Below are positions 1 to 10,300 of a stretch of DNA of 64,000 nt, piece by piece. The first letter of the stretch is position 1; the number at the start of each line of letters is the position of its first letter. The notes beneath the pieces were generated by a model. The model had not been told where the DNA came from, did no database searches, and saw nothing but the letters and a program-made list of their open reading frames with translations. The DNA comes from Candidatus Latescibacterota bacterium (GTDB taxonomy: Bacteria > Latescibacterota > UBA2968), in NCBI GenBank assembly GCA_965208125.1, contig OZ242320.1, forward strand, positions 2,944,001 to 3,008,000, read 5' to 3'. The translations under genes were made by a program, and so were the position numbers.

Positions 1-477
1 GGCCCGGCTTAGCGGGAATAGTACGTTTAACACAAAGCACGGCAATGGGATTTTTTTGTTGTGCCGGGGGACATTGTCTGGTAATGGAAAAATCACGCGG
101 TCATCCAGATGCCATCCTCCGCCCTGACCGGGTTCGTAACGCAGGGCATTTTGCGACATCATGTGGCAATCGTCACCCAGGATCGCCTCTGATAGGCTCA
201 CGAAGGGTTCTCGCGCGATCAGGTCCCGGAAGTTGATGTCATATTCATACATCCGCATCATACTGATGCCCCGAATATGGTCTCCTTCGGCTTCGTGCAT
301 TTTGGGGTCCTGATATTTACGTTCCATTGCTTCCCGCAATGTCAGTACCTCTTTTTCGGTTAATACGTCTTTTAAGAACAAATACCCATCCCGCTGAAAT
401 TGCGCGACCAGTTTCTGGATTTTGTCCGGGCTATAAGGTTTGGCGTTTTTGTCGATTAAGCTGTTTGTGGTGTACAT
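1..477 (-). CDS. PhyH-family (phytanoyl-CoA dioxygenase-like) Fe(II)/2-oxoglutarate dioxygenase, 3'-truncated by window edge; absent from ORF track
   Basis: Manual translation from ATG at 477: MYTTNSLIDK...QFQRDGYLFLKDVLTEKEV...LSEAILGDDCHMMSQN...GGGWHLDDRVIF...CFVLNVLFPLS; N-terminal 'F.RDGY...DVL' and WHxD iron motif; frame open to position 1. Confidence 0.85.
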   Translation of the reverse strand, partial: MYTTNSLIDKNAKPYSPDKIQKLVAQFQRDGYLFLKDVLTEKEVLTLREAMERKYQDPKMHEAEGDHIRGISMMRMYEYDINFRDLIAREPFVSLSEAILGDDCHMMSQNALRYEPGQGGGWHLDDRVIFPLPDNVPRHNKKIPLPCFVLNVLFPLSRA

Positions 478-484
478 TGTTATC

Positions 485-1948
485 TCACTTCATTAATCCC
501 AATATATCCTCATACACGGCAAGGCCGCCAAAATAGGTAAAGGCCAGGCCCGAGATTATATTGAGGGCGACGAGGAACCAGCCCATTTGCAATGGGGGTG
601 GGACGTATTTGCGGTCGATATAGATCATCGCAAAGCACCAGGGTCCAGCGAGAAGTACCCCGGTGATGTGTAGAGGGATTGTCATGATCGATATTGGGTT
701 CCAGCCTATGCCATTCGGGTCCTGGGTGGCTGTCCACCAGGCGTATAGTACCAGTGCGCCACCTGCAATAGCGGTGTATCCCAGCGTCCATTTTCGCACG
801 TCGTTCAATGATAGGTCGCGCCATTTGGGGGTTATTGCGCGTATGCTTTCATGCGCGGTGCGGACGTATAATTCATACGCGCCGTACACGGTGCCAAAAA
901 TTGCGAAGAATACGCCGAGTTTATACAGTCCCGCGAGGAATGTCTTGACGCCCGCGCTTTCGTGCAATGCGGTTAAAAATACGACTTGGTGGTTGTAGAG
1001 GTCCATGCCGGATGGTACGATTTCTCGCGGATGCAATAAGGCGGCACCCAGAATCAAAAAGGCCGCTGTGAATAATAACACGCTGGCAAATGATACGAGT
1101 GTATCGACCAGCGGTGCTTTTAACCACGCTTTGCCCAATTCGAGATTTTCCTGAGTTTCCAGGATTGTTTCCTTCTCATTGCTGCGTCTGCCAATCATTC
1201 CCCACACTTTTTCGCGCAGCATGCCCACATATCCCACATAGTCCTGTACTCCGCCGCCGATTACGCCCATGTACGCGACCATTTCGACAATTAGCGTGCG
1301 GTCTGCAAATAGCGGATTGCGCGATACCCATTCCGGATATACCGGGAATGTGGGTACTACTGCACCCATTAGCGCGGCAATCCAATCGGGATTTGCCGCT
1401 ACTGTCGCGATTAACATGACGAGCAACATCAATCCCACGAGTGAGGTTTGCGCTTTTTCCAACAGGCCATAGCTCTGTTTCAGGGTTAGCAGGATTAAGA
1501 ATGCAATAAATACCAGGGCGATTAAATGCGGATATCGCGCCGGGTCGTCAAATAATATCCACGATGAGATCGTGCCGAGCATGATGGGCAGGCTGGAGAG
1601 ATAAAATGGAAAGCTCACGACCATTACTACGCCTACAACTGCTGGAAATAATCCCCTCGGTCCGGGCAGTTGCGCCCAGCGTTCCATGGGGTGCTCGCCG
1701 GTTAGTGTCATATATCGCGCTGCGGAATACACTTGAACGACTTTTGTGATGCAAAACAGGCTGAATGCCCAGAACATCGCGTAGCCAAAGATCGCCCCGC
1801 TGCGCGATGCCCACACGGTTTCTCCACTGCCGATGGTTACTGATGCGATAATTGCGCCTGGTCCAAAGAATTTTAAGAAATCGCCGATTTTCCGCGAGCG
1901 CAATGCCGCCGCCAGTTCCGGAAATTCCAATTTTTTTGATTCTGCCAT
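485..1948 (-). CDS. Nramp/MntH-related (APC fold) membrane transporter
   Basis: GPGAIIASVTIGSGE motif, ~11 hydrophobic segments; ATG at 1948 preceded by AGGAG. Confidence 0.75.
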   Translation of the reverse strand: MAESKKLEFPELAAALRSRKIGDFLKFFGPGAIIASVTIGSGETVWASRSGAIFGYAMFWAFSLFCITKVVQVYSAARYMTLTGEHPMERWAQLPGPRGLFPAVVGVVMVVSFPFYLSSLPIMLGTISSWILFDDPARYPHLIALVFIAFLILLTLKQSYGLLEKAQTSLVGLMLLVMLIATVAANPDWIAALMGAVVPTFPVYPEWVSRNPLFADRTLIVEMVAYMGVIGGGVQDYVGYVGMLREKVWGMIGRRSNEKETILETQENLELGKAWLKAPLVDTLVSFASVLLFTAAFLILGAALLHPREIVPSGMDLYNHQVVFLTALHESAGVKTFLAGLYKLGVFFAIFGTVYGAYELYVRTAHESIRAITPKWRDLSLNDVRKWTLGYTAIAGGALVLYAWWTATQDPNGIGWNPISIMTIPLHITGVLLAGPWCFAMIYIDRKYVPPPLQMGWFLVALNIISGLAFTYFGGLAVYEDILGLMK

Positions 1949-1962
1949 GATTTCTCCTATCG

Positions 1963-2000
1963 AAAAACCCCAGTCCAACCGATCTTACGGAGGACTGGGG
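1963..2000 (-). terminator. Intrinsic terminator-like hairpin after cyclase gene
   Basis: CCCCAGTCC...GGACTGGGG 9-bp stem followed by TTTTT on minus strand. Confidence 0.6.
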
Positions 2001-2016
2001 ATTGGAAGGTGTGGCA

Positions 2017-2955
2017 CTATTTTACGGCTATTGGATTTCCCGGAGAACCCGTTCCGCCTTTCAGGCGCAATGGCGAAAATACAAATGCAAATTCATATAC
2101 CTGATCTTTTGCCAGTTCTTCCAGGTCCAGGTTTTCTAATATGTAAATCCCGTGCTGGGCGATGAGCAGTTGATGTACAGGAAAAGCCAGCGAGGCATCC
2201 TCGCCTGGTACGACTTCCAGGCCCCAGGTATCGCCTGCGACCATTACAATTTTTTTATTTACGAGCCACTGGCCCACAGCCATTCCAATACCCGGCTGGC
2301 CTTTATTGAATGTTTCGTTGTCTTTCATCCACAGGGTGCCGTGTCCCGTGCGGAAGATCACGACATCACCTTCTCCCACGGATACATTTTGTTTTTTTAA
2401 TGCTCCCTCGGTATCGGCCACTGTGATTACGTATCCGACTTCTAATCGCTCGACACCTTTGTATCCCGCCACGTCTATCAGTACGCCGCGCGTGAAGAAT
2501 GACCCCGCCTTTTCCACACCCAATTTTTCCAGGCCATAAGGTTTGCTAAAGTTCGAGCTTTTGAAGCCATTGTAATACACATCCTCGTTTCCTACCCGCG
2601 TGCCAATATGCCCCAATCCGTCGAATTGTGTACCGATTTGACCGATTTCACCACTGAACATTTCATCGTACCATACGAGTTTGTTTTCTCCGAGCGGTCC
2701 ACCACTTGGGTTGCCCACGATTGTCAAACTGTAATGCCGGGATCCAAATAGCGGTATTCCGTGTTCATATACTTTTCCCAATTGATAGACTTTGCCGGTT
2801 TTGATCAACCTGGTCGCTTCCAGGACTTTGGCAGGTGTCAGCCGGTTTGCGGCACCCCGTTCATCTTCGGGACCCCACTCCGATGTCGGTTGCTGGGCAT
2901 ATACTGGCACCAGCATCAGATTGACCAGTAGTGTTATAGATAGTATGCGTTTCAC
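2017..2955 (-). CDS. Secreted cyclase-family (kynurenine formamidase-like) metal hydrolase
   Basis: Signal peptide (VYA-QQ); WGPEDERGAANRL, GTQFDGLGH, TRGVLIDV, VIFRTG, HQLL...ENLDLEEL, GGTGSPGNPIA motifs. Confidence 0.85.
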   Translation of the reverse strand: MKRILSITLLVNLMLVPVYAQQPTSEWGPEDERGAANRLTPAKVLEATRLIKTGKVYQLGKVYEHGIPLFGSRHYSLTIVGNPSGGPLGENKLVWYDEMFSGEIGQIGTQFDGLGHIGTRVGNEDVYYNGFKSSNFSKPYGLEKLGVEKAGSFFTRGVLIDVAGYKGVERLEVGYVITVADTEGALKKQNVSVGEGDVVIFRTGHGTLWMKDNETFNKGQPGIGMAVGQWLVNKKIVMVAGDTWGLEVVPGEDASLAFPVHQLLIAQHGIYILENLDLEELAKDQVYEFAFVFSPLRLKGGTGSPGNPIAVK

Positions 2956-2983
2956 GATTTCCCTCCTTTAAAAAGATACCGAT

Positions 2984-3865
2984 TCATCGTGTCTTCTCAT
3001 AAAGCGCGATGCTTACCTGTGTGCCGGGGAATAGTGCAGATGGATACACCCACATGTCGTCTTCCCGAATGTACACCCGTTCATCTCCCGAGCGAATGTG
3101 TAAACGCCCGCTGTTTTCCCGGCAAATTTGTTTGACAATGTATAGACCCAGTCCCCGCGTATCGCCCCGCGAGACGGTCTTTTGAATCGCCATTTTTATT
3201 GCCTGTCCGTGCGACCAGTGCGCTGTATCGTGTCCTGTTGATAGGCTCTCGCGAATGCCAATGCCGAGGTCGCATACGCCGATGATCGCAAATTTTCTGT
3301 TCAATCTGTGATTGGTATAGCGCTGCGCGACCACAAACCCTTTATCCCCGCTGTGATCCAGGATATTGTGACATAATTCGGCTACGACATTTTTAAATCC
3401 CGTAATTTCTCGCACGGTATAGTGCAGTTCTTCACTCAAGATGGTGCCGACCCGCGATTCAATCACGCTTAGAACTTGCTCGATATCGCTCCGCTGTTCG
3501 ATGGTCGTGATTTCCAGCAGGCTTTCGTTGCGGGTTCGCGGCTGTCCCGTTTGCGGTGCTCGCCCTACTGTCACATAAGACATCAGCGCGTCAAATACTT
3601 TCATGCGAGTCAAATAACGCTCGACGTCTGAATTTTCGGGCAGTCGGCATGTAATATCCCAGTATTTGGCACTCAGATGTCGGCCTATCAAACACAACAT
3701 CCCCATTCCATAGGGATCGACAAAACCCAATTGCGACAGATCCAGAACGATATTGTCTTCATCTCGCCGCGTCCAGAATGCTCCGAGATCGCGCAGTACA
3801 TTGTCACACGAGACAGCAGACAAATTCTGTTCCGCTATCGCCAGCGTGTTGTTATTCATATTCAT
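2984..3865 (-). CDS. STAS-like domain + HATPase_c protein (anti-sigma/kinase-like ATP-binding protein)
   Basis: N-terminal VLDLSQLGFVDPYG (STAS-like); ELCHNILDH N-box, DLGIGI, GLGLYIV, FPGT boxes. Confidence 0.7.
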   Translation of the reverse strand: MNMNNNTLAIAEQNLSAVSCDNVLRDLGAFWTRRDEDNIVLDLSQLGFVDPYGMGMLCLIGRHLSAKYWDITCRLPENSDVERYLTRMKVFDALMSYVTVGRAPQTGQPRTRNESLLEITTIEQRSDIEQVLSVIESRVGTILSEELHYTVREITGFKNVVAELCHNILDHSGDKGFVVAQRYTNHRLNRKFAIIGVCDLGIGIRESLSTGHDTAHWSHGQAIKMAIQKTVSRGDTRGLGLYIVKQICRENSGRLHIRSGDERVYIREDDMWVYPSALFPGTQVSIALYEKTR

Positions 3866-3873
3866 GTGATCGT

Positions 3874-6300
3874 TTAGTTGCGCACGCGGAATATGGATCG
3901 GCGTTTGACATTTTTCTTTTCGTGCAAATCCGTTACCGCGACCTCGAGTTTATAGACGCCACGCGGCATTTTGGACAGGTCGATTTCCAGGAAGGTGAAG
4001 TCGTCGGATTTGTCGCCTGCATATACCGAACTGATCGATGTGCGGCTTTGCTGCCCGGCTTGGCGCAGTTCTTCGACTGATTCGGCCATCAGGTTGCGTT
4101 CGGCTGGCATGTATTGCACTTCAAAATCCACGGTTTGGGCTTTGAGCGTTTCTTCACCGCCGGTCATGGCATCGCCCACCAGGTCGTCCTGATCTTGCAT
4201 TTCACCTTCAGCAGTTTCGACATCTACACCGTCGAGCGCGTCGCCTGCGGTGAGAATGTCACTGCTGGAGCGATCATCTGCTTCTGCTTGCGCCAATTCT
4301 TCAGCGGTTGGCACAATGAGCAATCCGCCCACCTTTTTGAGGGCTACGGCGCCAAACATCGCGGGATTGACTTCCTGCTGATCGGGAACGCTGATGGTGT
4401 AGGATATCTGGTATTGGGTCCGCCCGAATTCGTCTTTTTTCAGGTTGTAGATTTCCAGATATACAGATGCCGATTCCCCGGTGCGATACGCGCGGAGCGG
4501 ATTGGGTGCAATGCGTAGATCCATTCGCGATTCGGGAAAGGGTTTGACCAGTTCAATTTTCTTGGCGAGTAGCAGATCGCTCATATCCAGGCGCGATTCG
4601 GATACAGAAAAAAGGCGTTCCGTGCGGAATGTGCCGATGGATCCGCTGTTCCTGTCTCCCACTTCGACCACGATATTATACGTGCCCTGGGGAAGTTCCA
4701 TGGGGCGTTGGCTCAATAAATACTGCGGGGCATTGCCTCCTTTGGGTTTTTCTTGCGCAATCGGTCGCACATTGCGGTAGATGTCTCGCCATCGGTAGTC
4801 GAACATAAACAATCCTTCATCCATGACGATCACCCGGTCGTCATTTGCTTTTAATTTGCCCGTGGGAATGGCATAGGCGATTTCCACGCGCATATTTTTG
4901 CCCGAGCGGAAGGCGGTGATCTGGTGTGGCATGGAGTATTTTCTGTTTCGGAATGGATCGTCAAAGCGCGCTTCTTTTTCTTTGAACGCCGCGCGATTTT
5001 GTATTTCAAAATACTCGTCGCGCATTTTGTCGCTCGCCCATTGCGGGTTAGTAGATTTTCTGAAGAGCGTTCGATCTACCTGTGTTGCATCCACATTGCG
5101 CGTTCTCAGCGCGTTGGGGTCCCCGCCTATGACATCCACCGTGGTGCTGGGTCCCACTTCGCCTGCAAATCCCCAACCGTCAACGCCGTTCACACTTTGA
5201 AATGTGAACCTGTATCCCCCATAATACCAGGTTTCCTTGAACATGGGAAATACACCCGTTGTGCGGCGCAGGTATTTTCCGTATTTGATATAGGTTTGTC
5301 CGCGAATGGTTTTCCAGCCTTCGATGTTCCGCGCGGGTACGCTAAAGCGCAGATTTGCATAGGCCACGCGACCGTAGTGTTCCATCCGCCGCTCGTTGTG
5401 GTCAGTCAGAAATAGCGGATCGTTCTTATTCCAGAATTGCGTCAATGCCGCAGAATCCTTCCACTCGCCATCATCGCCGACTTGCATGGCTTTTGAAATG
5501 CGCGCATTGTCTTCTTTTGAAGCGATGAGATCCACAGATTCCATCATTTTGCGCTGTTCGGGATCCATAGCTGCAATGGCTTTTTCATACAATTTGTTCG
5601 CTTCTAAAAGCTCTCCTTGAAGCTGGTGAGAATAGGCCATGAACAATTGTGCGTTGACATCGCCAGGGAATCTTCGCATCATCCGTCGCATCACCCGTTG
5701 CATGGCGGGGATTCTTCTGTGTTCCAGATGCGCCAGTCCCAATAGATAATAGGAGTCCTGATAGTCCGCATCGACTTCCAGGCTCTTTTCAAATAGCATC
5801 ACAGCCTGGTCGTATTCGTTTTTGGCAAAAGTTCGAATGGCTCGTCGCTGCGGTATTACCCGGTCGCGCGTGATCATGTATTCGCCGAATATATGGCGAC
5901 CAGCATCGTAGGCTGCAACGGCTGCATTGGGAAATTTTTCAATGACTTTTTCGTAATGCGCCTTTGCTTCGCGCTGAAATCCCCGGTTCCACAATGCTTC
6001 GCCGTGCAAGAGTTGATATTGCAAATTTTCCGGTTCAATCCGAACCGCCTTTTCGCTTGCTTCTACTGCGCGGCGTCGAAACTCGGGCGTGTCCAGGCGA
6101 ATGTAGAGGCGAGTTAGCTGGGCAAGCGCAGGGGCATGTTTGCCGTTTTTCTTGAGCACTTGCTTGAATTCTTCCACGCTTTCTTTGGGTTCAATCTCAT
6201 TCATGCGCGAGAGTGCAGCGTGATATAGCGAATCTACTTCGCTGGTCCAGGCCGGTGCTGCGAGCAGGCAACTGAGGATTAAAAGCGAGAGGGCTTTCAT
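3874..6300 (-). CDS. Secreted TPR-repeat + GWxTD-domain protein
   Basis: Signal peptide from ATG 6300 (AAGGAG upstream); TPR-like helices; FWNKNDP...NERRMEHYGRVAYANLRF...GWKTIRGQTYIKYG. Confidence 0.8.
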   Translation of the reverse strand: MKALSLLILSCLLAAPAWTSEVDSLYHAALSRMNEIEPKESVEEFKQVLKKNGKHAPALAQLTRLYIRLDTPEFRRRAVEASEKAVRIEPENLQYQLLHGEALWNRGFQREAKAHYEKVIEKFPNAAVAAYDAGRHIFGEYMITRDRVIPQRRAIRTFAKNEYDQAVMLFEKSLEVDADYQDSYYLLGLAHLEHRRIPAMQRVMRRMMRRFPGDVNAQLFMAYSHQLQGELLEANKLYEKAIAAMDPEQRKMMESVDLIASKEDNARISKAMQVGDDGEWKDSAALTQFWNKNDPLFLTDHNERRMEHYGRVAYANLRFSVPARNIEGWKTIRGQTYIKYGKYLRRTTGVFPMFKETWYYGGYRFTFQSVNGVDGWGFAGEVGPSTTVDVIGGDPNALRTRNVDATQVDRTLFRKSTNPQWASDKMRDEYFEIQNRAAFKEKEARFDDPFRNRKYSMPHQITAFRSGKNMRVEIAYAIPTGKLKANDDRVIVMDEGLFMFDYRWRDIYRNVRPIAQEKPKGGNAPQYLLSQRPMELPQGTYNIVVEVGDRNSGSIGTFRTERLFSVSESRLDMSDLLLAKKIELVKPFPESRMDLRIAPNPLRAYRTGESASVYLEIYNLKKDEFGRTQYQISYTISVPDQQEVNPAMFGAVALKKVGGLLIVPTAEELAQAEADDRSSSDILTAGDALDGVDVETAEGEMQDQDDLVGDAMTGGEETLKAQTVDFEVQYMPAERNLMAESVEELRQAGQQSRTSISSVYAGDKSDDFTFLEIDLSKMPRGVYKLEVAVTDLHEKKNVKRRSIFRVRN

Positions 6301-6337
6301 GGTGGTCTCCTTGTGAAGGGGTTTTTTGCGAGTGATC

Positions 6338-7411
6338 TTAAAATCTATAAAATGTTTTTGCATTTTCGTATAGAATTTTTCCCAGCAATGCGTCCGATAA
6401 GCCTCTGGGTATTGCCTCTATCGGCGCGTCGAAATGATAGTGTGGATAGTCTGTGGAAAACATCAGCATGTCATCGGAGTTCAGGTGTCCTATGATTTGT
6501 AGCAGATATTCGGCCTGGGGCGGAGCGTCCAGGGGTTGCAGGGTCATCCGAATGTGTTCGCGGATGTATTCTGATGGTGGGCGTTTGACCCACGGGATAT
6601 CGCGTCGCAACCCCTTCCACTCCTTATCTATGCGCCACATCAATGCGGGCATCCAGGTCCAGCCACCTTCGATGAGTGCTACGCGCAATTCTGGGAACCG
6701 ATCAAACGCGCCTTCTACTACCAGACTCATGACTTGCGACTGAAATATTTGCGCCATACCGACCATTTCTTCGGCGTAGGTTGCAGGCCAACCGACGGGC
6801 GTGGGCGGCAGGCTTGATGCACCGCCGTAGTGTATCCCGATGGCGAGGTCGCGTTTTACCGCGGCTTCGAATAAGGGGTCGTAAATGCGCTTGCCATAAG
6901 GTTGATAGGATCTGACTGGTACAATGACCTGCACAAAGCCCGGGTGATCGCCAAATCGTTCGATTTCGCGTGCGGCGAGTACCGGGTTTTGGCTGGGCAC
7001 TACGAGGGATGCGCGCAATCGGTCGTCTTTGTTCAACCACGCGTCGATTTGCCACTGGTTGATCGCGGTTGCAAGTGATGCAGATAAGTCGTCGTTGTGT
7101 ACGCTTTGCACGCGGTAAGCGCAGGTTAAGATCCCGATTTCGACATCCCAGGCGTCCAGTGTCTGTTCTTTTAGCAATTCAAAATCAGATCCCGGTGGAC
7201 CATTTTTAGGCTTTGTCCCTTTTCGCGCAGATGTGGGTGCTCGCGCGGGATAATCATTCGCATTGGGTCCCACAAATGCCGATTCGTTGATGTATGCAAC
7301 CCAGTGTTCTTCCAGATATGGAATCAGAGCGTCCAAACCGGGCAATTCGTTGTGAATATCACAATCGATGATGGGATGATAAAAGGGATTGTCAGGTGTA
7401 TTGCGCGGCAT
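6338..7411 (-). CDS. Amidohydrolase family (Amidohydro_2) protein
   Basis: IIDCDIH, GIHYGG, FDRFPELRVALIEGG, LMFSTDYPH motifs. Confidence 0.85.
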   Translation of the reverse strand: MPRNTPDNPFYHPIIDCDIHNELPGLDALIPYLEEHWVAYINESAFVGPNANDYPARAPTSARKGTKPKNGPPGSDFELLKEQTLDAWDVEIGILTCAYRVQSVHNDDLSASLATAINQWQIDAWLNKDDRLRASLVVPSQNPVLAAREIERFGDHPGFVQVIVPVRSYQPYGKRIYDPLFEAAVKRDLAIGIHYGGASSLPPTPVGWPATYAEEMVGMAQIFQSQVMSLVVEGAFDRFPELRVALIEGGWTWMPALMWRIDKEWKGLRRDIPWVKRPPSEYIREHIRMTLQPLDAPPQAEYLLQIIGHLNSDDMLMFSTDYPHYHFDAPIEAIPRGLSDALLGKILYENAKTFYRF

Positions 7412-7413
7412 GG

Positions 7414-8226
7414 TTAATATCCCGCACCGCGGCAATACTGATACATTTTGGCACTGCGGGTCGCTTCATCTATTGCGTTTTCGCCTTCGTAAACTGGCGC
7501 GCCCGGACAAGCTGTCACCCATCGGTCATATCCCGTGTCTTCAAGCACGTTTGCCAGATCGGGAAAGTCTAATGCTTCGCCGACGCCTACAGAGACCCAT
7601 TGGGGCGTGAATCGTCCCTCTGCATCCCGCGTGATATTTTCATCTGCCCAGTCCTGCAAGTGTACGTAATTGAGCTGGTCTTTAAAGTCGCGCAATGATT
7701 GCGCGGCGTCATAGTCCCAGAGTTGTGCGTGCGATACGTCGATACACAGTTTTGCTTTTTCGAGGTGTTGCATGTATAGCGTCCAGTCTTCTTTTGAATC
7801 TACCAGCAGATTGGTGTGGATGTGATAACTCAATTCCAAATTGTATTGCGCCGCGTAATCAGCCCAGTTGTCCGCTGCTTCAGCCGCCTGTTTGATATCG
7901 TCTTTGGTGATGTCCCGATCTTTGGGTTTTGGACCGCTCATGTACATAAAGCAATCTACTTCCATTTCAGCGGCAAAATCAATGCGCCGCTTGTTGCGTT
8001 CCTGGTGTTCCCGGTCGGATATTTCGGGCGATCCTTGCGCTGTGTAAACCGCCATAGGCAATCCCACATTGTCACAGATTTTCCGAACTCGACCCGCTGG
8101 TCCCAACCAATCCAGCGGCAATCGACATTCCCAGCCGTCCCAACCCGATTTTTTGAGGGCTTCAAGGGCGGGTTCCAAATCCGGGTTTCTCCATCGCAAT
8201 GCACAATATCCGAGTTTAAATGCCAT
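7414..8226 (-). CDS. Sugar phosphate isomerase/epimerase (xylose isomerase-like TIM barrel, IolE-like)
   Basis: GWDGWE, LSYHIH, LCIDVSH, YVHLQD, VGVGEALDF motifs. Confidence 0.8.
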   Translation of the reverse strand: MAFKLGYCALRWRNPDLEPALEALKKSGWDGWECRLPLDWLGPAGRVRKICDNVGLPMAVYTAQGSPEISDREHQERNKRRIDFAAEMEVDCFMYMSGPKPKDRDITKDDIKQAAEAADNWADYAAQYNLELSYHIHTNLLVDSKEDWTLYMQHLEKAKLCIDVSHAQLWDYDAAQSLRDFKDQLNYVHLQDWADENITRDAEGRFTPQWVSVGVGEALDFPDLANVLEDTGYDRWVTACPGAPVYEGENAIDEATRSAKMYQYCRGAGY

Positions 8227-8247
8227 GATAATCTCCTTTCTCCCACG

Positions 8248-9486
8248 TTATCCAAATAATTCCCGATATTCTCGTTCAAATGCGTCCGATCCGTCATCCA
8301 GTTTTAATTCCAGGCGGATGCCCGGTAGAAAGCCCGTTAGTCGGCCCGCCAAAAAGTCTTCGCGATAGCTTCCGTCCGGATAATGGGTTCGTCGCCCATC
8401 GGGCCAGCATATTGTGTGAATTTGCCGTTTTTCTTCGAGTTTGAAATCTGGATCGACGCGGTAGCGTTCAATGACGTCCCAATCGAGTTCAATGCCCAAT
8501 CCAGGTGCATTGGGTACGCGAATATGACCGCCTTCTACTTTGAAGTCTTTGACGAGTGGATGCGTCCAGATGTTCACACAGGGGATCGCGGGCCAGCGCG
8601 CATGAGATAATACAGTGCCCAAATGCACGCCCCACATGGTAGTTAATCCCGATCCCACCAGTTGCAGCCAGAATGGCAAATTGGCTTCTGCGGCGAGGGT
8701 GCCCTGTTTCATCACGCGACTTGCGCCGCCACCTATTACAAATCCATCGCATACGCCTTCGCGCACTGCCGTCATAAAGGGTGGATTGCCAAAGTGCATG
8801 GCGATTGGACTGGCGATTTTTTGCCGCAACAGGGCGTTGCCCGCTACGTCGTTTTGCGGGATTGGCGTTTCGACCATTGCCAGTTGGCTATATGTATCTT
8901 CTAATCGCCGGATTAAGGGTGCGGCATGATCTACGCCGAGCAATAGGCTATTGAAGTCTGCATCGATTTTGAAATAATTCGGCACGGATTTTTTTATGGC
9001 TTCAAATTGTTCTTCGGGATAAAACCAGGGGCGCGTCTTGACCTTCATTGTCGTAAATCCGTGGTCTATCGCTGCCCGCGCTTCCATAGCCCATTCTTCG
9101 GGGGTGCGATCCTGCGACCACCACGATACGGGACACGAGTCTCGATATTGCACCCCCAGCAGTTTGTGGCACGGTACACCGAGTGTTTTTCCCGCTGCGT
9201 CGAAGAGTGCCATTTGCAAGCCCGCGCCCAGGCTGTCATCCCACAAATGATCGAATATGTTCTTTCCGCGAACGCGGGCAAATTGCTTTTCATTCGATTG
9301 TCCCCACGTATATCGCGTCAGGGTTTCGCCATATCCCGTTACTCCCGCAGAGGTGGTTAGTTTACACACATCCACGAGTGACCAAAACGGTACCCGAATT
9401 TGTTTTACTTTTGCACACCGCGGATGAAATGGGACGTGCAGAAGGATGTGTTCAATATCCGCAACTTCGCAGTCTTTGGAGGTCAT
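8248..9486 (-). CDS. Enolase-superfamily (mandelate racemase/muconate lactonizing) enzyme
   Basis: GVTGYGE, MALFDAAGK, GFTTMKVK, DADFN, ETPI, VPNAPGLGIELD. Confidence 0.8.
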   Translation of the reverse strand: MTSKDCEVADIEHILLHVPFHPRCAKVKQIRVPFWSLVDVCKLTTSAGVTGYGETLTRYTWGQSNEKQFARVRGKNIFDHLWDDSLGAGLQMALFDAAGKTLGVPCHKLLGVQYRDSCPVSWWSQDRTPEEWAMEARAAIDHGFTTMKVKTRPWFYPEEQFEAIKKSVPNYFKIDADFNSLLLGVDHAAPLIRRLEDTYSQLAMVETPIPQNDVAGNALLRQKIASPIAMHFGNPPFMTAVREGVCDGFVIGGGASRVMKQGTLAAEANLPFWLQLVGSGLTTMWGVHLGTVLSHARWPAIPCVNIWTHPLVKDFKVEGGHIRVPNAPGLGIELDWDVIERYRVDPDFKLEEKRQIHTICWPDGRRTHYPDGSYREDFLAGRLTGFLPGIRLELKLDDGSDAFEREYRELFG

Positions 9487-9501
9487 TTTGAACTCTCCTT
9501 G

Positions 9502-10173
9502 TTATACGATCAATTGACCGATATCGCAATTGTGAGCGTCGCAATACCACAGGACGCCTTCGTGCATGGTCATGCCGTGGACTTCATCGGGTGCTTCTAC
9601 GCGGATTACGTCGTACACGCGGCCATCTGCTGTGCCGAGTAAATTTACCGTGCCTGCGGATGTGTCCGCCACCCATAATTTGTCGTCTTGCCAGGCCAAT
9701 CCGTGGTTGCGGAGGCCCGGTGTTCGGAATGCGTGTTTTTCTGTCCAGGTTTCGGCATCTACCACATGTACAAATTGGGAGGGGGGGGACGCAATGTAAA
9801 TTTTGCCCTCGCGCCATTCCAATCCGTGTGCGCCGGTTTCTGAGGCTCCTGGCAGGCCCTCGCGCCAGGATGCGACACCAACGCCAGGGGAATCGTATTT
9901 TGCAATGGTTTTGCCGGTTTTCATATCGAGTTTTGCTATTTGTAATTCAAATGTGGATGCGATCCACACATGTCCGCCACCGACTGTGATTCCACTCGAA
10001 TGCTCTGTGTCTGTTTGCGCCTCAAATAGCACGTCGCCCGTTTCCCAATCTACTTTGTATATTTTCAGATCTACCTGGTCGATAATCCACAGGCCATCTG
10101 GCGCAGCTTGCAAACCATTTGGCTGCGGTCCTGGACTCTTAAAACGTTTTTCGACCTTTGCTATTTTTATCAT
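9502..10173 (-). CDS. Beta-propeller repeat protein (glutaminyl cyclase/Vgb-like)
   Basis: Repeated [P/A][N/H]GL.W...LW.D blades (PNGLQ, SSGIT, AHGLEW, NHGLAW, VHGMT). Confidence 0.6.
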   Translation of the reverse strand: MIKIAKVEKRFKSPGPQPNGLQAAPDGLWIIDQVDLKIYKVDWETGDVLFEAQTDTEHSSGITVGGGHVWIASTFELQIAKLDMKTGKTIAKYDSPGVGVASWREGLPGASETGAHGLEWREGKIYIASPPSQFVHVVDAETWTEKHAFRTPGLRNHGLAWQDDKLWVADTSAGTVNLLGTADGRVYDVIRVEAPDEVHGMTMHEGVLWYCDAHNCDIGQLIV

Positions 10174-10220
10174 GGTATGGCTCCTGTTAATGTAAATGAA
10201 AAATTAAAAGCACCCCCATC

Positions 10221-10300
10221 CTGGACGCCTGCTTAAGGCATGCAGGCGTGACGACAGAAATAGTGATTGTCATTGCGGCATGTTTTTAGCCGCAATCCAG
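10221..10300. repeat. Inverted pair of extragenic palindromes of the GTCA-stem-loop-TCCAG type (dRS3/RPE-like)
   Basis: CTGGAcGCCTGC-n9-GCAGGCgTGAC (10221-10252) and GTCATTGCGGC-n9-GCCGCAATCCAG (10269-10300). Confidence 0.55.
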
